64,000 nt of DNA from Spirochaetia bacterium (GTDB taxonomy: Bacteria > Spirochaetota > Spirochaetia > UBA9216): the NCBI GenBank assembly GCA_965140585.1, contig OZ223269.1:1184001-1248000 (forward strand), in the 5' to 3' direction. The translations under genes and the position numbers were made by a program. The stretch's first letter is position 1. Each line of letters opens with the position of its first letter. The notes below the pieces were generated by a model that made no database searches, was not told where the DNA came from, and saw only the letters and a program-made list of their open reading frames with translations. This document shows, piece by piece, positions 31,661 to 42,764 of this stretch.

Positions 31661-32479
31661 ATGGAAAATAATACACCTTCATACGATTTCAACTCTCTGA
31701 TTGAGATACTTAATACACTTCTTGGTCCAAATGGTTGTCCCTGGGATCGAGTACAAACTCCTGACAGTCTTAAAGAAAACCTTATTGAAGAAGCATATGA
31801 ATGTTTTGATGCAATAATTGAGAATGACTATGAACATGCCTGTGAAGAATTGGGAGACGTTTTCTTACTTGCTGCCTTTATAAGCATAATCTATGAAAAA
31901 CAGAATAGATTCGGTATGAATGATGTTTTTAAATCTATTTGTGAAAAATTGATCAGAAGACACCCGCATATCTTCAGTGATAAACAGGCAGGTACTCCTG
32001 AAGAAGTTAAGCAGCAATGGGATGATATAAAGCTTAATGTAGAAGGAAGAATACATCATGATTCTGTTATGGATTCTCTTGCAAAGCATTTCCCCCCTCT
32101 TTTAAAAGCTTATAAGATTCAGAAAAAAGCAGCTAAAAATAACTTTGAATGGGACACAATTGATGATGTTATTGTCAAGCTTGATGAAGAAGTTGACGAA
32201 CTTAAACAGGCAGTCCAGAAAAATTCGGATGAAAATATTGAGGAAGAAATTGGAGACATTCTTTTTACTATTATAAATATATCAAGATATCTTAAAGTAG
32301 ATCCATCTACTGCACTTTCAAAAACCAACTCAAAGTTTTTAGAACGCTTTAGATATATTGAATCTGAAGTAAAATCACAAAATAAAAAGATGTCCGAAAT
32401 GTCTCTCGAACATCTTGATAAACTCTGGGATGAGGCAAAGTTAAAACAAACTGCTAATGATAAAGATCAAAGTAACTAA
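31661..32479 (+). CDS. mazG: Nucleoside triphosphate pyrophosphohydrolase MazG
   Basis: GCPWDRVQT, EEAYE, EELGD, KLIRRHPH and a second EEIGD domain; ATG 31661 preferred. Confidence 0.96.
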   Translation: MENNTPSYDFNSLIEILNTLLGPNGCPWDRVQTPDSLKENLIEEAYECFDAIIENDYEHACEELGDVFLLAAFISIIYEKQNRFGMNDVFKSICEKLIRRHPHIFSDKQAGTPEEVKQQWDDIKLNVEGRIHHDSVMDSLAKHFPPLLKAYKIQKKAAKNNFEWDTIDDVIVKLDEEVDELKQAVQKNSDENIEEEIGDILFTIINISRYLKVDPSTALSKTNSKFLERFRYIESEVKSQNKKMSEMSLEHLDKLWDEAKLKQTANDKDQSN

Positions 32480-34964
32480 CCTGCTTATAGCTGTCTTTAT
32501 CTCTCCAGTCTTCTGCAAGTGTAGATAATCTTCTAACCGTAAACTCTGAAATAAATATATTTGAGAAATTTTCGATTAGATATTTAACCGGATTAACAAT
32601 TTTGACCTTCTCATCATAAAAATTCAAACCTGTTCTTAGAATAATATTTTTTTCCTGTAATTCAAATTTCAGATCATTGCTGTTCTCAAGAAAAGCCCTA
32701 AGCTTTTCTATTTTTTCAGATTTCAAATCTTTTACAGCACTTATTTCATATATGCCGCCGGCATATACAGACATGGTAGATCTTGTCTTTTTACCGGTTG
32801 CTTCATTTTCAATAAGTTTTACAACTTTACACCGTTCAATTTTTATTCCTTCAGGAAGAACACCGTTCAAACTTTCTTTGAAACTATTTTCAATAATTTC
32901 AGTATTTACATTCTCTGAAAATATAAAATCTGCTGCGGCAATTTCTTCGTTTGAATATATCCCAAGAGAAACAGGATTTGCAAATTCCAGCACCGGCTTT
33001 GGATTAAAACCTTCAGTATAGCAAACATTAAGTCCGGCTCGAAGAAATGCCCTTTCAAAAACAGACATAATATTTATATGTGATAGATATACAGCAGATT
33101 TATTTTTAGTGAATGAAAATAATAGCTTATTCCTATTTTTAGGTTCTTCCTCTGATTTTTCCGATTCGTTTTCTATTATTTCATCTTCTGGCTTTTCAGC
33201 GTGAATCACTTCAGTAGTATCATTACAGCAGCCGCACAAATCATTACAGGGATTATTGCATGGATCTGTTATTTCACTACTGAAAGATTTCTCCAGTTCT
33301 CGCTTAAGAAATGCTTTCCCCACGTTTAAACTGATATCATCCCATGGTAGAGCATCTTCAGTATCTTTACCTTTAAATAAAATATCCATTTTAACATTAC
33401 AGTCTATAATTGCTTTTCTCCATGCATCACGGTCAATATACTCTTCCCACGCATCCAGCCTGGCTCCGTTATTGTAGGCATTTAGAATAATATCTGCAGC
33501 CGATTCATCTCCTCTGCTTATAATTCCTTCTATCATGGACATAAAAGGTGACTGATATCCAACCTTAAAAAATCTTGGTGGAAGAGCCTTTTTAATTTTC
33601 ATTATCCTTTCTAGAGCTTCTTCTTCAGTAAGCTGAAACGACCATTGATATGGAGTGTGCGGTTTAGGAATAAAGGTACCTAAATTAACATTAATTTGCA
33701 TCCTTGATTCCCGCCCTACTTTCCTTAGAAAATCTATAATATTATCGGTTTCTTCATCTTCCCTGAAGAAAGGAAGGCCAACCATAAAATAGAACTTCGC
33801 TTTATTCCAGCCAAATTTTTTAGCCTGAATTAGTATTTCAATAATCTTATCGGTAGTAACTTCTTTATTAAGCCCTCTCTGGTGAGCAATATCCGGAGTT
33901 TCTATTGCAAAAGTTAAGCCACTCTTACGTACTTTTGATATTTCATTTATTAGAGGCAATGTGAAACCGTTTACACGCATGGACGGAAAAGAAAAAGATA
34001 TTTTTCTATGGCTGAAAATATCATTCAAACGCCTACTGAGCGTCTGTATCTGTGTATAATCACCGCTGGACAGTGATGATAAAGTCATTTCACGATATCC
34101 GCAATTTTTAATTATGCTTTCAGCTTCATTTATGGTATTATTAACCGATTTTTCCCTGAATGGCCTATAATAAATTCCTGCATGACAGAATCTACAGCCA
34201 TTAGGACAGCCTCTCATAATCTCTATTACACCATTATCCTGGACAGTCTTTATTGAAGGAACAAGATATTTCATATCTGTAAGATTGCTACCGAAATCAC
34301 TCCAGACAGCCCTCTTGGTTTTTTCTTTTTTACCTGAAAACCATATAAATGGATTTTTATGTAAGATCCGTAGAATCTCGGACCGACATAACCCTTTTGT
34401 TTTTAAATTTTCAAGTTCTTTAATTAAAGACAAAAATTCAGATTCAGCTTCACCTATATATACTGCATCAATAAACTTTCCAAATGGCAAAGGATTAGTA
34501 ATTGCGGGCCCTCCTGCGATTACCACTGGATCTTCTTCAGTTCGTTCTGATGCTAAAACAGGAATACCGCTTAAAGATAAAATATTAAGCATGTTGGTAG
34601 CGGCTAGTTCATATCCAACTGTAAAAGCAAGAATATCAAAGTGTTTGACAGGAGTTCTTGTCTCTAGCGAAAACAATGGATATTTATCTTTCTTCAATGC
34701 CTGTTCCATATCCAGAGCAGGACAGAAAACCCGTTCACATGAGGTTTGAGTTTTTTTATTTATAATATTATACAGTATCTTTACAGCCTGATTCGACATT
34801 CCAATTTCATACAAATCTGGAAAACAGAGTGCAATTTTTAATAAATAATCAGCTTTTTTTATCGAATTATACTCACCGCCGGAATATCTGCCCGGGGAAG
34901 TCACATTTAACAGAATTTTCTTGAATTCAGCATCAGGAATTCTTTTGTTTGAGAAACTATTCAT
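32454..34964 (-). CDS. TIGR03960-type B12-binding radical SAM protein fused to a TIGR03936-type domain
   Basis: PGRYSGGE, FPDLYEIGMSN, RGCPNGCRFC, PKPHTP; C-terminal YLSH...FERAFLRAGL..YTEGFNPKP. Confidence 0.88.
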   Translation of the reverse strand: MNSFSNKRIPDAEFKKILLNVTSPGRYSGGEYNSIKKADYLLKIALCFPDLYEIGMSNQAVKILYNIINKKTQTSCERVFCPALDMEQALKKDKYPLFSLETRTPVKHFDILAFTVGYELAATNMLNILSLSGIPVLASERTEEDPVVIAGGPAITNPLPFGKFIDAVYIGEAESEFLSLIKELENLKTKGLCRSEILRILHKNPFIWFSGKKEKTKRAVWSDFGSNLTDMKYLVPSIKTVQDNGVIEIMRGCPNGCRFCHAGIYYRPFREKSVNNTINEAESIIKNCGYREMTLSSLSSGDYTQIQTLSRRLNDIFSHRKISFSFPSMRVNGFTLPLINEISKVRKSGLTFAIETPDIAHQRGLNKEVTTDKIIEILIQAKKFGWNKAKFYFMVGLPFFREDEETDNIIDFLRKVGRESRMQINVNLGTFIPKPHTPYQWSFQLTEEEALERIMKIKKALPPRFFKVGYQSPFMSMIEGIISRGDESAADIILNAYNNGARLDAWEEYIDRDAWRKAIIDCNVKMDILFKGKDTEDALPWDDISLNVGKAFLKRELEKSFSSEITDPCNNPCNDLCGCCNDTTEVIHAEKPEDEIIENESEKSEEEPKNRNKLLFSFTKNKSAVYLSHINIMSVFERAFLRAGLNVCYTEGFNPKPVLEFANPVSLGIYSNEEIAAADFIFSENVNTEIIENSFKESLNGVLPEGIKIERCKVVKLIENEATGKKTRSTMSVYAGGIYEISAVKDLKSEKIEKLRAFLENSNDLKFELQEKNIILRTGLNFYDEKVKIVNPVKYLIENFSNIFISEFTVRRLSTLAEDWRDKDSYKQVSYFDLYH

Positions 34965-34980
34965 AGAAATAAAACCTATA

Positions 34981-36294
34981 TCAGTATTTATATTTATGCA
35001 AGTAGATACTGGAGATAAGCCCCAGGGCTGTCATACTAGTCAGGATCGAAGACCCGCCATATGAGACCATCAAAAGTGGAATTCCGGTTACAGGCATTAT
35101 GCCCATAGCCATACCTATATTAACTATAAAGTGAAAGAACAGCATTCCAACTACGCCCACACCCAAATAAAGTGCAAATGCATCTTTCACCGATGTCATT
35201 ACAAAAAGAGTTCTAAGCATTATTACAAGAAACAGAACAAAAACGATAATACTACCAAGAAATCCCCATTCTTCAGCTATAATAGAGAAAATAAAATCGG
35301 TAGACTGCTGTGGAAGGTATCTGTAATGACTTTGAGTCCCCTGCAAAAACCCCTTTCCTAATGGTCCTCCGGAACCTACGGCAGTAATTGACTGAATAAC
35401 GTTCCATCCTGCTCCTTTAGGGTCTACCTGCGGATCCAAAAAAATAATAAGCCTTTTAAGCTGATAATCTTTAAGAAAATCTGATGCAATAAAAGTCATA
35501 CCGAGAGCTATGCACAAAATTAGAGCAAAATACCCAATCCAGTAAAAGTATGCTCTTTTATAAAATAGCAGACCTGCGCCGCTCAAAGCCGCTATTAAAG
35601 CTATAGAACCTATAACAATTAAGAGGATATGTTTTTCTGTTAAAATACGAGTAACCTTAAGATTCTTCTCAACGACAATATAACTATCCCATGCTGGTAT
35701 AAGGGTAAAAATTATAATGAAAATACCGGTTAAGAGTATAAAGAAAATGTATCGTCGTTTGATTCCAGCAGTAAATGAAATAACCAGAAAAATAGGCAGA
35801 TATACCAGAGCTGTACCCATATCCGGCTGTATAAGAACAAGCCCCATAGGGATTGCCATAAGAAGCAAGCCTAATAGAAATTTCACCAGATCATTATATT
35901 TTTTCTCATTCTTTTCATAAAAAGCTGCAAGCTGAATGATCAATGCAATTTTCATAAACTCGGAAGGTTGAAATCCAACGCCTTTAAAACTGATCCAGGA
36001 TCTGGCACCATTAACGATAGAACCGAAAGCTAAAACAATAACCAGCATAATTATCATTGCGTAATAAATCTGGCTACTGTAGCTTCGAAGTTTTTCATAG
36101 TCGAAAAATGAAACCAGCATATAAAAAATGAGACCAATAACACCCCATACTATCTGTTTAATATATTCATTATTCTGCAGAATCCCGTCCGAAGAAATCC
36201 CGCTGGAATATATAAAGATTATTCCTATAGTAACCAACGCGACTATTGAGAAAAAAATTATCAGATCAAATGCAAAAAAAGATTTTGATTTCAC
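34981..36294 (-). CDS. rodA: Rod shape-determining SEDS glycosyltransferase RodA
   Basis: GARSW, FQPSEFMK, QPDMGT, TDFIFSIIAEEWG and SYGGSS motifs; follows mrdA. Confidence 0.96.
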   Translation of the reverse strand: MKSKSFFAFDLIIFFSIVALVTIGIIFIYSSGISSDGILQNNEYIKQIVWGVIGLIFYMLVSFFDYEKLRSYSSQIYYAMIIMLVIVLAFGSIVNGARSWISFKGVGFQPSEFMKIALIIQLAAFYEKNEKKYNDLVKFLLGLLLMAIPMGLVLIQPDMGTALVYLPIFLVISFTAGIKRRYIFFILLTGIFIIIFTLIPAWDSYIVVEKNLKVTRILTEKHILLIVIGSIALIAALSGAGLLFYKRAYFYWIGYFALILCIALGMTFIASDFLKDYQLKRLIIFLDPQVDPKGAGWNVIQSITAVGSGGPLGKGFLQGTQSHYRYLPQQSTDFIFSIIAEEWGFLGSIIVFVLFLVIMLRTLFVMTSVKDAFALYLGVGVVGMLFFHFIVNIGMAMGIMPVTGIPLLMVSYGGSSILTSMTALGLISSIYLHKYKY

Positions 36295-38150
36295 TCTTCA
36301 CGGTTCCTCAGTTCCTGAATATACCAGCGATATTTAAATTCTTCCAGTACTTCTTCATAATTCTGATCAGCAAATATTCCCTGAAAAATCATATCAGCTG
36401 CTTTTGGCCCCCACCATTCCCAATCATTCTTAGCTTCAACATTTACTACTACAACAACCTGGTCATCAGGATCTTCAGCATCATAAGGGCCGTATGCGGC
36501 AAACCAGGAGTCCCATTGTTCATCATATCCTGCCTGCCCGGTTCCAGTTTTTCCGGCTATCTCAACTGCTTTTGTCGTAATTACCCACCTTGCAGTACCT
36601 TCAGTAATTACTCCACGCATATACTCTTTTAAGGTTTGAAAAGTTTCTTTTCTGATATTGCTTGTTCTCAGAATTTCAGGTTCAACAGAGGATATAACCT
36701 CTCCGGTTGTAGAATCTGTCACCATTTTAAGAACATGGGGTTTATAGGCCACCCCTTCATTAACAATCATTGAAACTGCGTTGGCAAGCTGTAAGGGCGT
36801 TACATTCAGAGCTCCCTGCCCTATTGAGACATTCATGGTATCACCGCCGACCCAGATTGTATGATAAACTTCCTCTTTCCATTCTGGTGTAGGAACAAGC
36901 CCCTGAATTTCTCCAGGTAAATCAATTCCTGTAATCTGACCAAAACCGAAACGTCCGGCATAATCGGAAATCTTATCTATACCAAGGTAGTCTATGCCCA
37001 TTGTGTAAAAGAAGACATTACATGACTCTGCAAGTCCGTGAGCAAGATCAAGCGGACCATGACCGCTGAGCTTGTGACATTTAAATACTCTGTCTCCAAG
37101 CCGTTTTTCACCTGTACAATTTATTGTCTTATTTAGAGGAAAAGCTTCTTCTTCTAAAACTGCCGCAGTCATAAACATCTTAAAGGTGGAAGCGGGAGCA
37201 TATCCGGATTGAATACTGCGGTTTAAAAAAGGAAATCTGGAATCCAGAGACAGCCGATTGTATTCCCTGTTCCCTTCATCAGTGTAAAAAATATTAGGAT
37301 CATAATTAGGATATGAAACCATAGCCAGCACTTCACCGGTATTTGGTTTCAAAACCACAACAGAACCGAGTCGGTTACCAAGAGCTTTTTCACATAATAT
37401 CTGTATATCACGATCAAGAGTCAGAACAAGATTATTTCCGTTTTCCGGAGCTATAATCTGATAATCATCCTCGTCGATTCTCCGGCCCCTTACATCGACT
37501 GTTCTTAAACGGCTTCCATCTTTTCCCCGCAGCAGCATATCATACTGCTTTTCAACACCGCTTTTGCCGATTGTAGAATTCCTGTCATAACCTTTGTTAT
37601 AAAGGACCTGCAGATCCTCGCTTGTAATAGTTCCCACATAACCGATCACATGAGAAAAAGAACCGGTTTCCATGTATCCTCTAATTGGTTTGCTTTGCCA
37701 GCTTATTCCGGGAAATTCATTTATATGTTCTGCTATATAGGTTATAGTTTCGTACTGGACAGCTTCTTTCAGCTCCACAGCATAAAAACTTGGAGACCTG
37801 CCGGATGGAAGTTTTTTTCGAAGTTCATCTTCATTATATCCTAGAAACTTTACAAGATTGGTTATAAGAAGTTCCCTATCATTGTCTGTAAGCTCTCCTG
37901 GAACAGTATACAATGCAAAAGATGGTATATTCATAACCAGAGGAACATCCCTGTTACGGTCATAAATTTCACCCCTCTGGGCGTGAATAACAGCCTGTCT
38001 GCTGGCTACATCCCTGGCTCGTTTTTCATATTCACTGAAGTTCACAATCTGCATTGTTCCCAGGAAAACTGCATAAACAATAACTGATGCAGATACGAGA
38101 AACATTAGAAACAGTATTCTGTATTTTGGAACTATAAAATTCTGAGGCAT
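36291..38150 (-). CDS. mrdA: Penicillin-binding protein 2
   Basis: RGEIYDRN; SxxK (STFK), SCN and KTG motifs. Confidence 0.96.
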   Translation of the reverse strand: MPQNFIVPKYRILFLMFLVSASVIVYAVFLGTMQIVNFSEYEKRARDVASRQAVIHAQRGEIYDRNRDVPLVMNIPSFALYTVPGELTDNDRELLITNLVKFLGYNEDELRKKLPSGRSPSFYAVELKEAVQYETITYIAEHINEFPGISWQSKPIRGYMETGSFSHVIGYVGTITSEDLQVLYNKGYDRNSTIGKSGVEKQYDMLLRGKDGSRLRTVDVRGRRIDEDDYQIIAPENGNNLVLTLDRDIQILCEKALGNRLGSVVVLKPNTGEVLAMVSYPNYDPNIFYTDEGNREYNRLSLDSRFPFLNRSIQSGYAPASTFKMFMTAAVLEEEAFPLNKTINCTGEKRLGDRVFKCHKLSGHGPLDLAHGLAESCNVFFYTMGIDYLGIDKISDYAGRFGFGQITGIDLPGEIQGLVPTPEWKEEVYHTIWVGGDTMNVSIGQGALNVTPLQLANAVSMIVNEGVAYKPHVLKMVTDSTTGEVISSVEPEILRTSNIRKETFQTLKEYMRGVITEGTARWVITTKAVEIAGKTGTGQAGYDEQWDSWFAAYGPYDAEDPDDQVVVVVNVEAKNDWEWWGPKAADMIFQGIFADQNYEEVLEEFKYRWYIQELRNREE

Positions 38151-38656
38151 TAATACTCATCCCGTTCATTAATACGGTACAGCTTTACAGCTTTCAGTAA
38201 AGCAAAAATAAACGGTGCCAGAAAAGCATTGAAACCAAGCTCTATAAGAAATTCATGCGAGAAGAAACTGACGCCTGATTCAGGAATAAAAATTACTGTA
38301 ATAAAGTATCCGCAAATTTGTTTGACTACAGTTGCAGATATTATAAAAAGCACTGGCATCAAAATACTGTCAAGAAAAAGTTTACCTTTGATTTTACCGA
38401 ATGAAAAACCGATTATCATTCTAGAAAAAATATGAAACCCGAGCGGACTGGAACTAAGAAGGTCCATAATCAACCCGGCTATCAAGCCTGTCATCTGGCC
38501 GCGTATCGAGCCCATATTATTTGACATAAAAACGAGCACAATTAATGCCAGATCCGGCTTTATGCCGTTTATCCCTAGTTTACTGAATACTGTGGATTGC
38601 AGAATGATAAATACGGCAATAAGCAAAGTACTTATGATGAAAGTTCTATTTCTCAA
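38150..38656 (-). CDS. mreD: Rod shape-determining protein MreD
   Basis: Polytopic membrane protein with KPDL motif, between mreC and mrdA. Confidence 0.9.
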   Translation of the reverse strand: MRNRTFIISTLLIAVFIILQSTVFSKLGINGIKPDLALIVLVFMSNNMGSIRGQMTGLIAGLIMDLLSSSPLGFHIFSRMIIGFSFGKIKGKLFLDSILMPVLFIISATVVKQICGYFITVIFIPESGVSFFSHEFLIELGFNAFLAPFIFALLKAVKLYRINERDEY

Positions 38657-39504
38657 TTTTCAGTATCCCCGTTTAAAATATAAACGTATTCAAGTCTCGT
38701 AAAATCTATTATCGGCTCAATTTCGAGCTGGAGTGAAGTATCCCATTCTTTCCCCTCAATAGCTATAACTCTACCTATATAGATGCCTTTTGGATATATT
38801 GATTTCATACCTGATGTAATAACATAATCGTTATATTGTATTTCTTCTCTTGCTCTTTTCTTGACATAGTTCATCAGCAGAGTTTCATTTTCATTGCCTG
38901 CACCGCTTATCAAGCCTTCATATCGAGCTGTCATAAGCCGTGCTGAGACGTAGGTTGATGTATCGTATATTGGAAGAACTTTTGAATTCTGTAAACCAAC
39001 CTCAACTATCTTACCTACAAGACCGTGATAACCATCCTGTAGGGCTATCACAGGCATATCCTTCCTAATCCCGTCACGGGATCCTTTATTAATATTTATT
39101 GTGTTGAATTCGTTGCCTGGATCTTTGCCAATAACCTCAGCCGGTATATTTACAAGAGTTGAGTTCTTGGAAAAACCCAGTTGTTCTCTAAGTGAAGTAT
39201 TTTCTTTGGTAAGCTCTGCAATATTTCTCTCAATTTCCTGATATTCCACAATTTTTGATTGGAGGTCATCATAACTTTTTTTAAGCTCCTTTAATTCATT
39301 AATTGAATTAACTGTGTTGGAGAAAAAAGATCCTGTGGAATGAAGAGCATTCTGAAATACAGAGATAACTGTAAAACCTGCCTGTCTCGGATTAATGAGA
39401 CCTCCCCCGCTACTGATATTCAGAACTATCAGATTGACAATGAGGAGAAGGATGAGAAGGTTTAAGTCCTTATGCTTTTTTATAAAATTTATAAACTCTG
39501 ACAT
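38653..39504 (-). CDS. mreC: Rod shape-determining protein MreC
   Basis: TM + coiled coil (ENTSLREQL), INKGSRDGI, ITSG...YPKGIYIG. Confidence 0.94.
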   Translation of the reverse strand: MSEFINFIKKHKDLNLLILLLIVNLIVLNISSGGGLINPRQAGFTVISVFQNALHSTGSFFSNTVNSINELKELKKSYDDLQSKIVEYQEIERNIAELTKENTSLREQLGFSKNSTLVNIPAEVIGKDPGNEFNTININKGSRDGIRKDMPVIALQDGYHGLVGKIVEVGLQNSKVLPIYDTSTYVSARLMTARYEGLISGAGNENETLLMNYVKKRAREEIQYNDYVITSGMKSIYPKGIYIGRVIAIEGKEWDTSLQLEIEPIIDFTRLEYVYILNGDTEN

Positions 39505-39513
39505 CAACTCTTA

Positions 39514-40551
39514 TCAGTTGAGACTGTTATATATCGTTCTGCTTGAGAGATCTTTAGTATGTTCATAGTACATTCCTGCACCCTTTGCCACACATAGTAA
39601 AGGATCTTCAGCAAGGATTACCGGTACACCTGTTTCTTTGGATATAAGTTTCGGCATTCCTTTAAGCAGCGAACCGCCTCCGGTCATTACAATTCCTCTT
39701 TCTACTATATCAGCTGCCAGCTCAGGAGGTGTTTGACCTAGAGTACTTTTAATTTCTTCAATAATCCCGTTTATGGGCTCCTGAAGAGCTTCACGAACTT
39801 CAACTGAATCTATTTCAAGCCGTCTCGGAAGACCTGTAATTGCATCTGTGCCTTTAATTTCCATCTTTTCAATTTTTTTATCGGGAGAAGCATTACCAAT
39901 CTTAATTTTTAGATTTTCAGCTGTCTGCTCGCCTACTATCAGGTTATGAACATTCCTGACATGCTTGATAATTGCCTCATCAAACTCATCACCACCGATT
40001 CTGATAGCTTTTGTTACAACCATTCCGCCAAGTGATATAACCGAAATTTCAGTGGTACCGCCACCGATATCACAGACCATATGTCCGGCAGGTTCAAAAA
40101 TCGGCATGTTTGCACCAATTGCAGCTGCAAGTGATTCTTCAATTACCTTTACTTCACGGGCACCGGCTTTAAGTGCACATTCCTCAACAGCTCTTCTTTC
40201 AACTTCAGTAATACAGGTTGGAACACCAATAACCATTCTAGGTTTAACAAAAAGTCTTTTAGGTATTACTCTTGAAAGAAAATATCTTATCATTTTTTCA
40301 GTTGTTTCAAGATCGGCAATTACTCCGTCCCGGAGCGGTCTTATGGCAATAATATCTCCCGGAGTCTTCCACAACATTTTTTTTGCCTCTGTTCCTACAG
40401 CAACAACCTTTTTGGTGCCTCTTTCTACTGCAACAACGGAGGGTTCAGAGATTACAATCCCTTTTCCTCTTACATGAACAAGTGTATTACAAGTTCCTAA
40501 ATCTATACCAATATCTGATGAAAATGCATCTGCAAATTTACCAAGCCCCAT
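39514..40551 (-). CDS. mreB: Actin-like protein MreB
   Basis: [20 protein letters not shown] and TGGGSLL motifs; GGAGG RBS supports ATG 40551. Confidence 0.98.
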   Translation of the reverse strand: MGLGKFADAFSSDIGIDLGTCNTLVHVRGKGIVISEPSVVAVERGTKKVVAVGTEAKKMLWKTPGDIIAIRPLRDGVIADLETTEKMIRYFLSRVIPKRLFVKPRMVIGVPTCITEVERRAVEECALKAGAREVKVIEESLAAAIGANMPIFEPAGHMVCDIGGGTTEISVISLGGMVVTKAIRIGGDEFDEAIIKHVRNVHNLIVGEQTAENLKIKIGNASPDKKIEKMEIKGTDAITGLPRRLEIDSVEVREALQEPINGIIEEIKSTLGQTPPELAADIVERGIVMTGGGSLLKGMPKLISKETGVPVILAEDPLLCVAKGAGMYYEHTKDLSSRTIYNSLN

Positions 40552-40568
40552 TATGACCTCCCAAAGCT

Positions 40569-41528
40569 TCAATTAACCGGATAAAGTTTCAATTTTGCAC
40601 CGTAATGATATGAATCAATTTCAAGACATTTTCGCCATTCATATCTGGCTTTTGCAGTATCACCCATTTTTTCATATATCTCACCAAGATAATAATGAGC
40701 ATCAGCCGCCTTCTCATTTTTTTCAATAATCTTACGGTATTCTTCTTCTGCCTTTAGAAATTCTTCCTTTTCAATGTATATATTGCCAAGCAGATATCTT
40801 GCTTTCTGCTCAACATTGAAATCGGTTGTTTTATTAAGCGTCCAGATTAAATATTCTTCCGCATCATCAATTTTCCCCATCTGGTTATAAGTCTGGGCAA
40901 GAACCAGATAAAGCATATCGGAAGGTTTTTCATCAATCGCTTTTTTATAATATTCTGAACTTAGTTCGTACTGACCAAGCTTGGAATACAACAACCCTAA
41001 ATACTCGAAAGTATCTTCTCCAGTATAACCATCTTCAACAGATTCTTCCAGATATTTTATAGAAAGATCTGTATAGAACTTTCCTTTTTGAAAATAGCAT
41101 TTACCGATGATGTAATTAATTTTGCCATCAATTTCAGTTTCTTTCAACAGAAGCGATTTTCTTAGATTTATAAGCGCGTCATCAAACAGTGGAATCTTTT
41201 CTTCAAGTGAAAATTGTGCTGCTCCGCGATAAAAATAAGAAAAGCCATTATATATAAGGGCTTTCTGATTCATGGGATCTTCTTTAAGGATTAGTTCACA
41301 TTTTTCATTAATCTGTTCGTAGTGTTTGTTTTCCCATAAAAGTTCAATAGTCTGTTCGTTATTCTGGGAAGGAGCTGAGCCAAGGATATTATTACCAATT
41401 CCGTTTTTAAATAGAGCGAAGCCTAAACCTGCAATAACTATCACAGCGATTACTATAATTATAATACGAGGCAGAATGCCGGACTGCTTTCTGCTGTTAA
41501 ATTTATATCTGTCTCCAGGTAGAATCAT
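40569..41528 (-). CDS. Membrane-anchored TPR protein
   Basis: N-terminal TM helix and multiple TPRs; directly upstream of mreB. Confidence 0.8.
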   Translation of the reverse strand: MILPGDRYKFNSRKQSGILPRIIIIVIAVIVIAGLGFALFKNGIGNNILGSAPSQNNEQTIELLWENKHYEQINEKCELILKEDPMNQKALIYNGFSYFYRGAAQFSLEEKIPLFDDALINLRKSLLLKETEIDGKINYIIGKCYFQKGKFYTDLSIKYLEESVEDGYTGEDTFEYLGLLYSKLGQYELSSEYYKKAIDEKPSDMLYLVLAQTYNQMGKIDDAEEYLIWTLNKTTDFNVEQKARYLLGNIYIEKEEFLKAEEEYRKIIEKNEKAADAHYYLGEIYEKMGDTAKARYEWRKCLEIDSYHYGAKLKLYPVN

Positions 41529-41549
41529 TTTATAGCCTTTTTATATAAA

Positions 41550-41882
41550 GACGGACCTATAAGCCGGGTTTTGTCTAGGATAACCATCTATCTAAATCTG
41601 ACATTACTGACAGACTTCAGCAGTTTACCCGCAGATTAGGCGAACAACCCTCTGCTGCTTAACTTTGCTCCAGGTGAGGTTTACCATGCCCTTTACGTCA
41701 CCATAAAGGCGGTGGGCTCTTACTCCGCCATTTCACCCTTACCCGGCATACCGGGCGGTATATTTTCTGTGGCACTTTCTGTAAAAAACTGTAAACAGTT
41801 TTCCCCCGGCTATTATCCGGCACCCTGTTCTGTGGAGCCCGGACTTTCCTCCCTGAATTTAAGGGCGGCTATCCGGTCCGTC
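41550..41882 (-). ncRNA. rnpB: RNase P RNA (bacterial class A-like)
   Basis: Minus strand has GAGGAAAGTCCGGGC near the 5' end and AAAACCCGGCTTA near the 3' end; complementary termini GACGGACC/GGTCCGTC form P1. Confidence 0.96.
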
Positions 41883-41942
41883 AAATAAATATTAACACAT
41901 CAAAATTGGTTTGCCAATTAAAGATTGATACTATGCAATTAC

Positions 41943-42749
41943 CTAGAAATCATCGTCATCATCGTCGTCTTCAAGATCGGCAAGACCTTCTGAATCATCA
42001 TCACTGAAGAGGCTCAGATCGTCCTTATCCTCATCGGCATCAATCGCTTCATAAAAAAGAATTCTGCTGCAGTAGGGGCAGAAATGTATATCTTCACCTT
42101 CCCTTACTTCATTAACGAACTGAGCAGGAAGAATCATATGGCAGCCTGAGCATACAGATTTTCTTACAGGAACTATACCAACACCTGATTTACTTCGAAT
42201 GATTCTTTCAAACTTAAAAAGAATTTCCTCATCCATATCAGGAGTAGTACTTTTTTCCATTTCTTCCAGTTCGATAAGTCTCTGACGTTTATCTTCACTT
42301 TCATTCTTGTTTTTCTCTTCTTCAGCAGAAAGTTCCTCTTCCTGCTGTTTGATGAGTTTTTCATCACGTTCAAGCAGATACTGAAATTCTTCAAGATCTT
42401 TTTCGGATTTAATTATATCCTTTCTGCATTCCTGTTCTTTTTCAGTAGCATCCTTGATTTCCTTATCAAGAATTTCGTACTCACGCTGGGTTTTAATTTC
42501 GTCCATCTGCTTTTCATATTTTTCCCGCAGACTTTCAGCTTCAGCGAGTCTGACACGCAGATTAGCAATTTTCTTTTTAGTTGCTTCTACCTTTTCATTC
42601 TTTTCGATATATGTTTTTTTAAGACGATTAAGAAGCTCATTCTTAGTAACCATCGCCTTGGGAATTTCCTGAATATCTCTCTCAATTTCAAATTTCTGTG
42701 AGAGAATATCCTGAAGCTCTTTCAGTTTGTCGAAGATATCTGTTTGCAT
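41943..42749 (-). CDS. Coiled-coil C4 zinc-ribbon protein (DUF164/CT398/HP0958-like)
   Basis: Long coiled coil, then CSGC...CPYCSRIL, then acidic tail; follows rpoD. Confidence 0.9.
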   Translation of the reverse strand: MQTDIFDKLKELQDILSQKFEIERDIQEIPKAMVTKNELLNRLKKTYIEKNEKVEATKKKIANLRVRLAEAESLREKYEKQMDEIKTQREYEILDKEIKDATEKEQECRKDIIKSEKDLEEFQYLLERDEKLIKQQEEELSAEEEKNKNESEDKRQRLIELEEMEKSTTPDMDEEILFKFERIIRSKSGVGIVPVRKSVCSGCHMILPAQFVNEVREGEDIHFCPYCSRILFYEAIDADEDKDDLSLFSDDDSEGLADLEDDDDDDDF

Positions 42750-42764
42750 ACGGCAACCCCTCTG

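Noticed and set aside
31661-32479. mazG as part of a toxin-antitoxin or anti-phage locus
   Set aside because: It is the ordinary two-domain housekeeping MazG; no mazEF or defence genes nearby
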